A DNA stretch of 63,026 nt, the filler included, from Sphacelaria rigidula (Eukaryota), in assembly GCA_964200075.2 (NCBI GenBank). It is 9 parts of 9 records of this genome, joined end to end, with 100 filler letters (N's around TTAATTAATTAA, not from the genome) between each part and the next. Parts side by side here need not be neighbours in the genome. Positions count along the whole stretch, not along the records: positions 21,044 to 27,957 come from CAXNAA020017430.1; positions 28,058 to 34,971 come from CAXNAA020017431.1; positions 35,072 to 41,985 come from CAXNAA020017432.1; 6 more parts are not named here. The stretch is one strand, 5' to 3'. Under the pieces are notes generated by a model. The model was given only the letters and a program-made list of their open reading frames with translations. It searched no databases and was not told where the DNA came from. Numbering within the stretch: position 1 is the first letter of the stretch; each line of letters starts with the position of its first letter. A program made the translations under genes and the position numbers. Below are positions 24,301 to 37,036 of this stretch, piece by piece.

Positions 24301-26606
24301 AAGTGCGGACATTGCGGTACAGTATGCAAAAACCGCAGACCGAAAACAAACCGCACCGGGGAATCGAGCGTCCGTCCACGGCTGAAAGAGGCAAGTATCT
24401 TGTAGCCTCACGTCGTGAAAACACTGTTTGGGAGAGATATGTGGTTCACCCACTTCAAAAATACACACCGAGGAGACAATAAAAAGGCCACCCAGATGGC
24501 CGAACAATATTATTATTGTAGCTTCAGCGACGACGGTACGGCGGGCGCGTGTGTGGCGCGCAATCCAATGAGAACGGTAGGTGTTTGGTGATCGATTGAG
24601 GGATACTCAAATACGTTGCATTTTTAACAAGGAAGGGTCGAAAATTGGATGCATAAAGTACTCACCGCCAAAGAAAAGCTGTTCGTCTACCCTCTGCACA
24701 CGCCAAGTAATGGGTACCCGATTGTTCACTGCACACGGAGGGGCGAGGGGGGGGGGCGTCTTATCCGCGCCATAGGCGTGACCATGCACAATGCCTGTGT
24801 TGTTTCTGTTCGTTTCAAAAATGCCTCCCCCAAGCTCAATTTTCAACCTGAAGCAAGCGCAGTCTCTGCCAAGGAAAAATTCTTCGAAGAATCGAAAGTT
24901 CGACGCACCCAAAACGCGTTGTGGAGAGCGTTTCGGGTCATTAGAAGGACGTACCGTCCCGTAGACTGCCCCCCCCTTGTTAGGGGCCTTGACCAGCTGG
25001 CTTTGGGCCGTTCGGGAAGGCCATTTCGAAGTCCACTTCTTCTCTTCTTGTGCGCGACAGGACACCGTACGATTTAAGACGGCCGCAACTGCATACCGTG
25101 CTACAGAGAAGGAAGGGGGGAAGTAGGATGAGACGAACGACCTGTTTCGGCGCAATGCATTTCCTCCTCACGGGAAGTTACTCCTTGTTACCACGGACTA
25201 TTTATTATGAATGGATTGAATGGTTCTTCAACTTGCAAGAGGCAAGGAGCAAAATAGGTGGTAGAATGTATTACAAGTAGTAGTTGATCACAACACCAGG
25301 TGTGATGCGTGATACACAGTGTGCTGTTCAAGCCGGTGATGCAGTGTACCGAAGTATATTTCGCGGCCACAATCCCGTCATGTTCCGATCGAATTTGAGC
25401 TCTTTACCTCGACTCTGCGCACGGCGCACTGTGAACGCACTCATACTACTACTACTACTACTACTACTACTGTTGTGTACGAAATAATAACGCCGTACTG
25501 TGCCACACTTAAAAACTAAAACAGATCCTCGTATAATGATGTCCGCACTATCTTTCTTGTGAATGCTCGCACGTGGGCCGCAGACAAAAGCACCTCACTT
25601 TCGAACAGAAACTTGCTTGTGCATTTCTCGACCGTGGGCGGAGGAATGGCACCGTGAAACTTGGTGCATTAGTCGGACACAGCAGAGACAAGGTAATGCA
25701 TGAATTGGCGGCCCGTTCGGGCGTGTAAGTATTAGTTAACGCGATAATTTGGATATTCGGCAATACCGTCGACTCGCCCTCAAAAAGACTATCTCGCGGC
25801 CCAGAGTTCCCAAATCGTAAGTGAGTGTATATCTGGACACGCTGGTACCCTCACTTTCACATGATGAGCACCTAGGGGATACTGTGCTCGCAAGCAATCA
25901 TCATGGATCTGTACTATAGATATGATCCCCTCTGGATCATGACGATCGATACAAAGTCATCCAGACATCGCATGTGGAGGTAGGTTCTCAGTTCGGGGGG
26001 CAAAGTCGTACGCACGCTGTCGGCATAGTAATTCACTACAGCTTCGACCATATATCATATAAATTGCAGCAAACAAGCTCGCGTGCCTCGATCTGGGGCT
26101 ACACGTTGCAGCAGTGCGCGACGAGGCGAATAAAGGCCAGATTCTGTTCCGATTAATAAAAATATATATATTTTGGCCCTGGACTGCATCTTCGAGGTGG
26201 TTGGTCCGCATCCCGCCGACCGTTCTACCCCCGGAAGCCCACCACTACTGTTGTAATAGATGGCCCGACTAAGTCTGTTACCTACTTCAATCCCATGCTT
26301 TACAGTACAGTATCTGTCTGAATACCCGAGAAGTGAGCCTTTGTTTCATCGTTTAAGTTGTTGCTCATTCTGCCAACCCAGCCCACCAATGAGCACAACC
26401 CAATCCAACTTCCACCCACCCTTGACACCCGAGGAATGGATACTGACCTTGAATCTCTTCCCTATTGATCGAGCTACGTACGGCATGTCATCACCAGCGT
26501 AGTAACAAACCCGTCGCTGCTACGCTGAGATCTACGTAGTGAGAGACGAAGGGCAGTACGTGCAGCACGTTGTGTGTATGTGTGCGTGCTCGCATCGATC
26601 GGTATC

Positions 26607-26732
26607 ATGGCAGGAGGGAAGGCCGGCCGTGACGGTGGCAGTGCCGATAGACTTTGCCCGACCGATGCGGCCAAGTTGTACAAAGAGGGCTTGAAGCTGT
26701 GTGCCGACCACGCCTACGGAAAGGCTCTACCG
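26607..26732 (+). CDS. Probable first exon of a TPR-like helical protein
   Basis: ATG at 26607, 42 codons MAGGKAGRDGGSADRLCPTDAAKLYKEGLKLCADHAYGKALP, strong donor CCG|GTGAGA. Confidence 0.55.
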
Positions 26733-27957
26733 GTGAGATGCTGCATGAATGGGGAAGATGATCCTACACGGAAACGATACAGGCATAAACAGACAAGATC
26801 TTCTCCAGCATTGATGATGCAAAGATTGCCTCTCGACTGGTCGATCCTTATTCAGGTACCGGACAAGGCATACAGTAATACTGGACACCGAACAATTATA
26901 CGAGTGCGACGTACTGAGACAACGCGCTTGACACGATCATCCACGGTGCCTCGTCAACATTTTATATGCATCATAATGTCATATGCTTTGCGTACTGCGA
27001 TCCGATGAGTACTTCGTTACCGTGGCTATGCTTGCTCATCACCTCGGACACCATGCAGGCAATGTGAACGGAGTATAATAATATAGATGATATATGTGCG
27101 TCGGCCGTACTACCGGCGTGGAAGACACGAAATATCCAAATGCAGCACAGACTTTCTCTCATCCATAAACTGGTAACCGCGGGGGTCAAGGGTGAACGGA
27201 AAAAAAACTTCCCTAGACCCTCACCACATTTATTTTCAATTTCGGCGCTCCACCGGTCGCCCCGGTGACTTAGTTGGTACTCCTTGGGCATGCCATAAGT
27301 AACTCCCGGACCCCCCCCCCCCCCCCCCCCCCCCCCCCGCCCATTGAGTCAGTTCCACCAATTCCAAGCGGCAAGAAGGATAAAAGAATAAANNNNNNNN
27401 NNCCCCGGGTGTTTAGTTTGTTCCCCTGTGGCAGGCCAAAAGAAACCCCCGCCCCCCCCCCCCCCCCCCCCTCCCCTCCCCGGTCCATTTAGTCAGTTCC
27501 AGCGATACCAAGCGGCAATGATGCTTAAATATCAATACAAAAGCTATGTAACAACAGAGAAGGGGGGGGGGGAGGAACGGAGAAAAACGGAGAAAACTAC
27601 GATATAGAAAAAAAAAACGTTCCCGGTGAATTCTAAATCAATGAATAACGGCGAAATTAAAGTAGAAAAGGCGCCCCCTGCAGGATGACTTAAGATGAAA
27701 ACTGCCTTGCGAAAAAAGCACGTGCACCCATACGCAGAGCAGAACTAGAAGGCCGCGGAGCAAATTGCGGCTCAGCTACTTCGAACCCTACTAGTTGGGA
27801 ATGAGCTGTCACCCATGAGCCCAACGAGGAGCAAGGCACCAACCTGCTGCCGTATATCACTGAGAGGAGATGAACACCGAGAGGGAGAGGGACAGGGAGA
27901 GGAGGGGAGAGAGAGAAAGAGAGGGGGGGGGGGAGCGGGGGGGGGGGGGGGGAACAA

Positions 27958-28057
27958 NNNNNNNNNNNNNNNNNNNNNNNNNNNNNNNNNNNNNNNNNNN
28001 NTTAATTAATTAANNNNNNNNNNNNNNNNNNNNNNNNNNNNNNNNNNNNNNNNNNNN
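27958..28057. other. Artificial contig spacer
   Basis: N44-TTAATTAATTAA-N44. Confidence 0.99.
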
Positions 28058-28111
28058 ATGCGTGGTCAATGATCAAACGACTAAAGCAAGCAACAAATGA
28101 GTACGCCCCCT

Positions 28112-28382
28112 CCCCTTCCTCGGGATGAGTCCGTGGTCTCGAGGGATCAACTCACCTCTCCCCCGGTACGCGCCTTTCGTTTCGCTCTTGCGGATTAGGT
28201 CAGCTTCCGCACCGCGTCAACCCACGTCACACAAACCCAGTCGACTAATATTGTTTACCCACGTACTCACGTTTTGCACGGTGAAAATCGTACATAACGA
28301 AGAAAAAAACGTCCCATCGGGAATCGAACCCCCCTTCTCTCCGCCCCAATGGCAACAGTCGGATCAATACACCACCGGGGCG
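28112..28382 (-). mobile_element. tRNA-derived SINE family C copy
   Basis: Collinear with 11088-11361; B box GGTTCGATTCC. Its 3' end abuts the poly(C) end of a family B repeat. Confidence 0.85.
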
Positions 28383-28899
28383 CTAGAAGCATATATTTCC
28401 GTCATGGGTCGGGAGCAGTTTAGAACAAAGGCGATATAAAACTGAGGACACACCCAATGCCCCCCAATCCTGGCCCCCGAAAAGTACTGGGAAAAAGAAG
28501 TTGGTTTGACGACGTTACTGTAAGACTACACAACGCCGAAGAACCGGAGCCCGAAATGAGAAGAAACGACGCCGCTAAAAAGTCACAGAGACTGACGGAA
28601 GCTGACGTGGATGATGTCGGATCTGACGAATTTCGCCACGTCCCGAGTGTAGACATCTGGTTTTGAAACGCAGCACGGTATCAAGAAGGTAGACAAGGGG
28701 AAGGTAAAGGAACGAAGAGACGTGAACAAGCGTGCAGGCTGAGGATCGCACTGAGGCATGTTGGAAGAAATAAAGAAAGCAAAGTCTGGTACCGACAAGA
28801 GCAATCAGTGAAGGTGTGAGAGGGCAGGATGAAAGTAAGACTACACATAGTTGAGAGGAAGTTGAACAGGGACAAGGAATGGCCACTTGTGGTACTTAC

Positions 28900-29495
28900 C
28901 GTCAGCGGCGGTTCAGCTCCCAGCTCCGCTCCTGGTGGCCGTGAGTCGGCTACCTTGTCTGGTCGTACTGTTTTTCTTCTTTTCGAGGGTAGGGGAGATC
29001 TTAGTTCGTGGCGTGACGGGTTGCTTTCCGGGAGGGGACAGGGAGTTATCACTGACCTGCGGTGCTTTGCGCAGTGTCAGAGCGTCGTTTCTTGACGCAT
29101 ATGACGCTTTCTCCTTCAACAAGTGCCGTTGGGAATCAGACACCAGCGTGGCACGCGTGTCGTAGAAACAGAGGTCACACCTTATGAAAGCTGGTTCGCC
29201 ATCCCCCGCCAAGAGATCATGGAGTGTTTTTTGGGACAGGATTGATGTACACTCGTGACACGGATGAGTGCACTCCTCGGCCGCTTTCACGAGGGCTTTT
29301 ACGCACGCGCGGCCATCCGCGTGGGCGTATACCTTGTCTTTACCGCCGGTAGCATCAGACATGCGGTGGTACGGGGTGCTGACCCCGATCTCGCCGCCAC
29401 ACGCTAAGCAGAGGAAGGGCAGCTGTTTCCTGGAGCCCTTCGGGACTGGTTTTGTATCCTGCGAGACAGATGTGGGCGTTGCAGGTGGAGCACCT
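28900..29495 (-). pseudogene. Cys-rich (Zn-binding-like) exon of a decayed spliced gene
   Basis: ORF 28913..29500 with CLAC..H..C..CHEC..CDLC. Acceptor TTGACAG|GT at ~29495, donor G|GTAAGT at 28900, in-frame TGA at 28913-28915. Confidence 0.45.
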
Positions 29496-31872
29496 GTCAA
29501 TGCCGAACGATTTGGGAGGAGGACGAAGCGACGGTTGCGGAAACTTCAGCGAGAAAATGGTACGGAAGGAAAGATAGTTGTACTGTGAGCGAATGCGCGA
29601 CGAACGGGTGTTGAAAGCAACGATGTCAAGTAGGTTGAAAAGGGAAGAGGAATAAGAAGTTGTCTTCGGTTATCAGGATACTTCTCGATGAGCCTGCACT
29701 GAGGAAACCACGGCCTCCACGTAAGTGTGGCATTTTGTACAAGCACATCTAGCATGTAGGAGTGTATTATCACAAGGAAGGTGGGAGGTTCCCTCCTAGC
29801 GTCCCGTTCCTAATGCGTGTCAAATCGTGGGCTTGCAATGGTTGGCACCAACTCCGGTGGGAAAGTACACCGAAAGCATCGAAGAAAATGGGCTGGGGAG
29901 TGAGCCATTGTTAAAACTCTATATCTTCATTGCTATTACTGAAGTTCAACTGGAAATGGGTACGAGAGCGCCAGTTGTCCAGTTCATGTGGAGGTGTTGC
30001 GCCGCTCGTCTATACCGAGTAATATTTATAGTAGTTCAATGATGGGGAGTTTAAAAGAAAGAAACACCGTGTACGATTAGACAGTAAGGTTAAAGTCAGC
30101 AGTCTACAGCAGTTCAGGTCCCACAAACGTCTGTGGTACCCGGTTGTTCTGTAGTTCTTTATTCGGGTCGGTCGAAGGCTGGTCAGTCGAATGCGATGAA
30201 GGAAGAAATGAAGAGGTGGGTCTCAGTCATGGTGGGACGCTTGGTGCTCAAGTGCCGAACTCCATACCCCAATTCACAATTGCATGAAGATCGATGTGAA
30301 CATGAAGCAGGAGATGCTCACAATACGTCGAAGTAATGTAGCAGGTACATGTACCTCATCCGAAAAAAAAACGGTCACGGGCGATCACAAAACACACTAG
30401 GGTTCTATCGAATAAGCTGCGTTGAGAACCACTTTCCTTCAATTGCCCAAGGTACTGCCAAGGTGTGGTATGTTTGTTGGGATCCCCAGGTCCCCAAGAA
30501 GAGGGTCTGCTGCTGGATGGTGTAGAGAAATGATGTTCGCATCGCTACTACATACCGAAGACGTGTTAGAGCAGTACGAGGCTCGTATCAGCTCGCAGTG
30601 AGTGGTTACATTATTCACAACCAAATACGGTTACCGCAGGGAAAAAAGGTCAAACACGCGAACATTTTCTGACTTGGGCGACACTCCTGAGCAGGACCCC
30701 CTACCAGCCGGGAGGGGCGATTAGCTGGGAAAAGTGGATGGAGTGGTAACTGGCGCGGCAAGTGTTGACAGAACTGAACGGAGCTGATTGTTCACAGCCC
30801 CGAGAATAAATTTGAGTTTTTGTAGCGTTAAGGTGCATTGGGTAGGGTACGAGAGTTTTCGTGGATCACGCAGAAGTAGGGAGTACCGATAAAAAATCGT
30901 TCGGAGGCCACGGAACTTGTCGGGTAGGGATAGGAGGCTTACAGAGAATCCACTGGTGGTCTTGTGATGAAAAAGGGTTGCATAGAAAATAGAACACGCA
31001 CACGGATATTTGTACAAGGGTGTAGGGTTAAACCGTGTGTACAGAAAGAACAGAACTATCTTGGAAGTATGGTGGATCACAACAGTCACGCAACTGTCGT
31101 GGACCGGTAGGACAGTCTTCGACAAGTGACAGAACTGTCGGGGGATTAGGAACGCGTTACTGAAGTCAAAGATCTGTCGAGTAGGGGTGTGCAAGTGACA
31201 CCGAAGTAATAGAGCTATCAAGTTGAGCAACGAAAGCCTTACAGATTTCACTAGAAAAATCGGGTAGGCCAACCACAGTCCAAGTGAAGCTACAGAACTA
31301 TCGGTTACGGGGATGAAAGTTTTCCAGAAGTCACCGAACTGTCGTATAGGGATAATATTTGTAAAGATACCCCGTGTATGCAACAAACCGGCCCACATAC
31401 GAGATAGGGTTGGACACCATAGACCAATGCCCAGCAAATTGATACCGATAGCGGCGCAGATGAAGGCCCCCCAGTCGGTCCGATACCTGTTGATAATCAT
31501 GTTTCGCTTTCCCTTTCAACTCGTACCCTGTAACCCGTCTGTTCTCCCAACAGCAAAAAATATCCTGAAGGGTGTATGGAGTTGAATACCAAGGGGTGTT
31601 AGATGGATGGAGGTTGGGGAACAAGTGCGAGTTTTCAGAACAAAGGTAGGGATTGAGTTTAAATCTTCACCCCTCCCGGGTAATATCCGCACTCTGTCTG
31701 CATCGCATACACGCACAAGGGTATATATGTTGAATCCGGGCCGGGATTACGGGAGGCTTACAGACCTTGCAGAGTCGTCGACCGGGAGTATGAGGCAGTT
31801 TCAGATAATAACAAACTGGCGAGTAAAATTAAGAACGGTCTTACACAGCCTCTGCGTACCGGTTTGATAGTT

Positions 31873-32310
31873 TTACACGGTTGAAAGAACTGGACAAAAG
31901 ACAGCAGAAGCCAATCGCCCCGGCGAAGACGCGATTTTTTTGTTTTGCCATATCATGCCGACAAGGTGTAGGTTCGTTTGAACCATACGTCGGACGGCAA
32001 AACACACAGCTTGTTGACAGTACTGGTGGCAGCACGCCGGAATTTGTGTTTCAGTGCGGAGCGATGGCACGATAAGCTGCGGCTTGCCGTTGATCCCAGT
32101 AAAGGAAAACAGCGCACATGCATACCGGCTCTGCACGCAATTTGCTGCAGGGTCAAACTCAGTTACCGGTTCCCCGGGATAATTCCCATACATATGACAA
32201 ATATTGACGTGTTCATGAAAAGTATCTTGCGTAGCGAGAAAAGAGCAGTTCCAAATCTCAAATGTTGCGTCGTCGAACTCGATCCACCCACGGGGGTGTC
32301 ATTGTCGACC
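31873..32310 (-). pseudogene. Decayed coding sequence, paralog of 465-735
   Basis: GWIEFDDATFEIWNCSFLATQDTFHEHVNICHMYGNYPGEPVTEFDPAANCVQSRYACALFSFTGINGKPQLIVPSL. Confidence 0.6.
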
Positions 32311-32409
32311 AGGGATGTGATGGACTGACAGAACATACAAAACTGTCGGGTGCCGGTATAAAAGTTTCACAGGGGTGACAGGATTGAGGAACACACAGCA
32401 GTAGCCGGT

Positions 32410-32660
32410 CGCCCCGGTGGATCAGATGGTAACCTCAAAACCTTCTGACGGTTAGGACGTGGGTTCAAATCTTGGGAAGACCTGGGATTTTCTCTCACAC
32501 TATGCCCAACAGTGGAGAGCGACTATGTCGTGAGTACACACAGTTCGACTTCACGGTCGACAAGGGAAGGGACCGCTGGACCCTTTTCTCGGTAAAAAGA
32601 AAGGCAAGCACCGCAGAAGGAAGGCGGGGTGCTAAAAAAAAAACTAAACTCCTGTGTTAG
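32410..32660 (+). mobile_element. tRNA-derived SINE family D
   Basis: Head CGCCCCGGTGGATCAGATGG (A box), GGTTCAAATCT (B-box-like), body shared with 50205-50370, A-rich tail. Confidence 0.75.
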
Positions 32661-32928
32661 CCTTCCTCTGTGCGAAAAAAGTATTTTCAGGGCCTGTCTT
32701 GGCACTTTTCTTTTGGATTGAAAAGATGAGGCGGTGGAATTGATTCGAGTGAAAAATTCTCGTCTTGATGCAGTTGGATCCGGATGGATTGTAACGCTTT
32801 CGATCCAAGAAAGACAGTGAAAATCGTGAAACGGTACATGGTCACTCGTGTACAGTACAGACAGTCTGTACTGTCTGCACTGCTTGCAAGCAGGGTGTCT
32901 TGAGTGCGTGTGTGCGTGTTTCGTGCAG

Positions 32929-33060
32929 GAGGATATAAAGGAGAAGCGGGCAACGTGCAGTGTAGACTGCTCAGGACTATCAATTTTCTCTGCTTACAAT
33001 GCGACGTGAAAAGTACTTCGTTCAGCAACGTGCAGCTTTGTTCTGCCTGCCGCACTGTCC
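32929..33060 (+). pseudogene. Exon-like segment encoding the first half of a MYND-type zinc finger
   Basis: Acceptor GTGCAG|GA; encodes FLCLQCDVKSTSFSNVQLCSACRTV. The expected donor reads ATGAGC instead of GTGAGC. Confidence 0.4.
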
Positions 33061-34971
33061 ATGAGCGTGCACGCAACTCGGTTGCCCACCGTACTACGCA
33101 GCTCCGTCCCTGATGCCCACCATGAGAGGAGATGCGCAAGATTTCGCCAATAAAGAATAAACAAAGCACACCCAACTACTGCAGTGTATCTATCCCTGTG
33201 CTCAACTCGTGCTCTATGCTGCAGGGTTGCGGCGGCCGGCGTATTTCTACCCCCACGGGCAGAACCTACCCCCAAAGTAGAACCAGTTCCGTAGCACGTT
33301 TGAGCAGATCCGCCGGTCCAACTAACGCATTTTTGAATGCACCCCCGGACAAGAGAGCCCACACACAGTATTCCACGCACGGCACATGGTACGACACGCA
33401 CACGAATAGCACCATAGCCCACACACACGGACGTCATCATAGCCCTCACACGCATATAGAGACGAACCACCATCAGCTAGTGGCAAAAGCAGCAGCAGCC
33501 GTTCACACCATCACATACGCTTAGCAGGCAGCCGACCCAGCTACTTTTGTGCGTGTTTAATAACTACAGACAGTACCGTACACAGAGAGTAGTCACGCAC
33601 GGTGCGATAGTACTGTAAGTATTGAATATTGTATTTGCTGTAGCGTGTGTTGTACTAACCCTGGGTACTACAAACTGTACCATCTACATAGATGTTGCGC
33701 TGGTGCCGTGGTTCCGGCGTTAAGACTGCTGCTGTTCCTCGTTGTCGTGTTTCTGGCGACCTCGCCGGTCCCCGCATACACTTGATGCGTAGGGGGGTTG
33801 ACATCAAGACACATGTTGGTACAACAGTGTGTACTCTTGCTTGTATCTCAAGAAAAGAAACATACTTCGAAGTACATCATTATTGTACTGTATATGCTAC
33901 AGATTTTTTGGTCATGTTCCAGTCGACTGGGTTCCATTCGTCATACTTTGTCATGCTTGGTACCTGATGGGTCATACTGCATTGTTTGATTGAATTGACT
34001 TGGCCGCCCCCTTTGGGTCACAGCGTTTTGGACTATGCATCTCAACTAGCAAAGCACAAGTTAGCCTGTACGCCAATAATACAAGAGCATCTACGCCATC
34101 TTGGACTGCTATCTCAGAGGACTCTCTGGTCTTCACAAATGTAAGCCTGACCTTCATGCAACGCGTGTTGTCTTGCAGCCAGCGCGGCTCATGGCATGCC
34201 ACCTGACCACTGGTGCGGCGGCTGACTTTACACTTGGTAACGTCGAACTCAATGGCTTCGATACTGATGATTGTGTTTGGGCCTGCTAGCCCTGGTGCCC
34301 ACTGAACTGGCACCTTCCCACCTAGGTGGTGAGTATCGTACCATGACATGGTGTCCAACCCTTGCTTGTGTATAGTCAACACTGGCATGCTCCGATCACA
34401 AACCTTCGGAGGGGAGGGTTCGCTGGCGTGTGGGTCGGATGAGGTAAAATGTTACTTCTTTTATATAGAGTAAATAGTGTGCCTGTTCACAAATTGTACT
34501 ATGAGAGCATGTACAGTGTACTATGATGATATGCTGCTTCGGCTTTTCGCACTCTTTTGTTATGTCTACCTACCATACGCACGTTGAGCATAAATAGTTG
34601 AGCGTGGGCTATGTAGTTTATTTCGCCCCGTGGGTGCTCTGTGCTCCGTACCCGCCGCATTGCACTTCGTTACATGCAATTCACGCAGTGCGCCACCAAC
34701 GGCTTTATGCATGAGCTCATCCGGGATGGTTCATCAGCACGCCACTGCAGACGTCCAAAGCAAAAGTGAAATAACCTATCCAAAACAATTGATAAAAGGC
34801 ATAAAGGTCGAACGAGATTGCACGAGTCAACGAACCAGAGGGCCTACAATTACGTCGGGGCGTTTCGGGACATCAGGCTCCAGACAGCTGCGGAAGCTGT
34901 GCAGCCGCGTCGTTGTTGTCTGTTGTTGTGGTTTTCGCTGTTGTTGTGTGCTGCTGTTCGTCGCTGCCGTG

Positions 34972-35071
34972 NNNNNNNNNNNNNNNNNNNNNNNNNNNNN
35001 NNNNNNNNNNNNNNNTTAATTAATTAANNNNNNNNNNNNNNNNNNNNNNNNNNNNNNNNNNNNNNNNNNNN
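34972..35071. other. Artificial contig spacer
   Basis: N44-TTAATTAATTAA-N44. Confidence 0.99.
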
Positions 35072-35212
35072 CGACTACTTTGTTTACTCACGTTCTCACA
35101 CTTTCCACGGTGGAAATCATAAATTACGAAGAAAAAAACCCAACGCATCGGGAATTGAAGCCCCGTTCTCTCCACCCTAGTGGCGCCAGTCGGACCATTA
35201 CACACCGGGGCG
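35072..35212 (-). mobile_element. SINE family C 5' half (cut by contig end)
   Basis: Matches 11220-11361. Confidence 0.85.
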
Positions 35213-35520
35213 CGGCGGAGTACATGGACGAAAAGTACTCTGGGTACCCGCGGCACTCAGGTCATACACTCCGTGCTCCGTGGACAACATCAGGTACTAC
35301 TCTCTGAGCGTAGGTACCCGAGGTACCCTGAAATGCGAAGTATTGTCGACAATCGTTATCCCGGTTGCCCGATATACTCAGTACTCCGGGTACCACTCCG
35401 GGTATTTCCGAGGGCAAACACCTGAGGTCCCACATGGTGATCAGTGCTTTCGACAGTGTGTCGTAGCGCTTGGGAGGCAGTGATTATTTCATGCTTTTTG
35501 ATTTGATGGCTGCATATTAA

Positions 35521-35618
35521 CCCTTAGACGGCGAGCGTAGGTCATTTGTTGAATCAGCATCAATTTCACTTGGGAAAAGTACACATAATCCAGGTAAACT
35601 ACCCTCGCGGCCTAAGGG
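35521..35618. mobile_element. ~100-bp piggyBac-type MITE
   Basis: TTAA|CCCTTAGACGGCGAG ... CTCGCGGCCTAAGGG|TTGA. Confidence 0.75.
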
Positions 35619-36735
35619 TTGACTGATCCCTGAGGAGCCCAGCCGTGCTCACACGACATACATATCCAAATGGAATCGTCCAATATCTTGGAGAACAGGA
35701 AATAACACGGATTGGTGTTCGGAGGACAGCGGTACTGCAGCGGTACTGACTAAGCACGGCGAATGCTATTGCAGTAACCGCGTGAAGCACGTAGCAGGCG
35801 ACGCACTTTATTGACACACATACCCAACTGACCAAGTGAAAAAATGCACAGGCAAATGCCCCCACGGATCTTTCTGGTCCCAAAGGTCGTAGATCTATGG
35901 TTGTCTAGGTACTCCTTGTAGTTATACATACTGGAGTGCCTAGCCTGTTGTACATACTCTCGTACTACTGTGCTACGGTACTGCAATTTGCTGTTCGTTC
36001 ATCACACACACCTTCGGATCAGCCAGTAGCCAGCGGAAAACGTCCCTGCCGACAATGTGATCGCTACTACACTGCATGTGGCATTGCTCGGGCCTTTCAT
36101 GATGCCGCCCGTTCCCGTGCGCGGGGGGGGGGGGGCGAGGGGAAAGAGGTCAAGGTACAACCAGTCGGAATGTGTACCGCATACAATGTCATGATGTATG
36201 TACGAACCAGGCGTGTCCTTATCCATTATCTTGTCATCACGTTTTTTCCCTCTTCTCTTGTTACATTGTGTGGAGATCCGCCGCGTATGTCTAACATTAA
36301 TAACATGATGGAAACATATACGGGGATTTCAAGCCGGTGAGAGTGTTTTCTCGATCGTTTCCCCGTGGTTTGCGACGCCGACCGAGTTGTCTGCCGCAAC
36401 TGATGTTACATTCTCAGACCCGCGACCGATGGAGAAAATACTTCCAGACAATGATGCATACAGACACTTTTCTGGTAGAAGGCACGTTATCAAAGCGATG
36501 GAGTACGGATGTTATTTCTCCACCCCCCCAAAGAGCGCTCAAATATCAACATGGATAACTGGATTGGATTTAATACTAGATTATTTGAAAATTATCTTCG
36601 GAATAATTTGGCACATGACCTGATATAAGTAGGAATTCAGGAAACATGAGCAGAGAGAAGTGCGTTGCACCGCCGCTCTAATCTGGGTGCTGTACTCTAC
36701 AACGGTGCGTCCGCTGCGAGCTAGACTCTTATGTC

Positions 36736-37002
36736 ATGCGCCTGGCACAGACCCCGCTACTGCGTTTTCTAGTCTGTAGTGCCAGCATAGCTTCAAAGCC
36801 CGCATCTCCCTTCGCTGTTCAGTCTTCTCACGGCAGGCTCAAGAGTGTCGCCGTTGTTGGATTCCGCACATCTCACCCGTCCTACACCCGATGTATCAGA
36901 ACCTATACCAGCAGCAGTACCAGATGTAGATCAAGCAGCGACAGCACATATCAACGGCGTGGTAGGACTCACCCCTGTACTGTCATAGCTCCTAGTATGC
37001 TA

Positions 37003-37036
<34 letters not shown>

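Noticed and set aside
27300..27545. Duplicated segment around a 10-N gap
   Set aside because: Both copies follow long poly(C) runs and flank a gap; probably a low-quality read or assembly artefact.
30721..31500. 259-aa minus-strand ORF as an intact gene
   Set aside because: No recognisable motif; an overlapping stop-interrupted frame looks more protein-like, so it is treated as part of a decayed unit.
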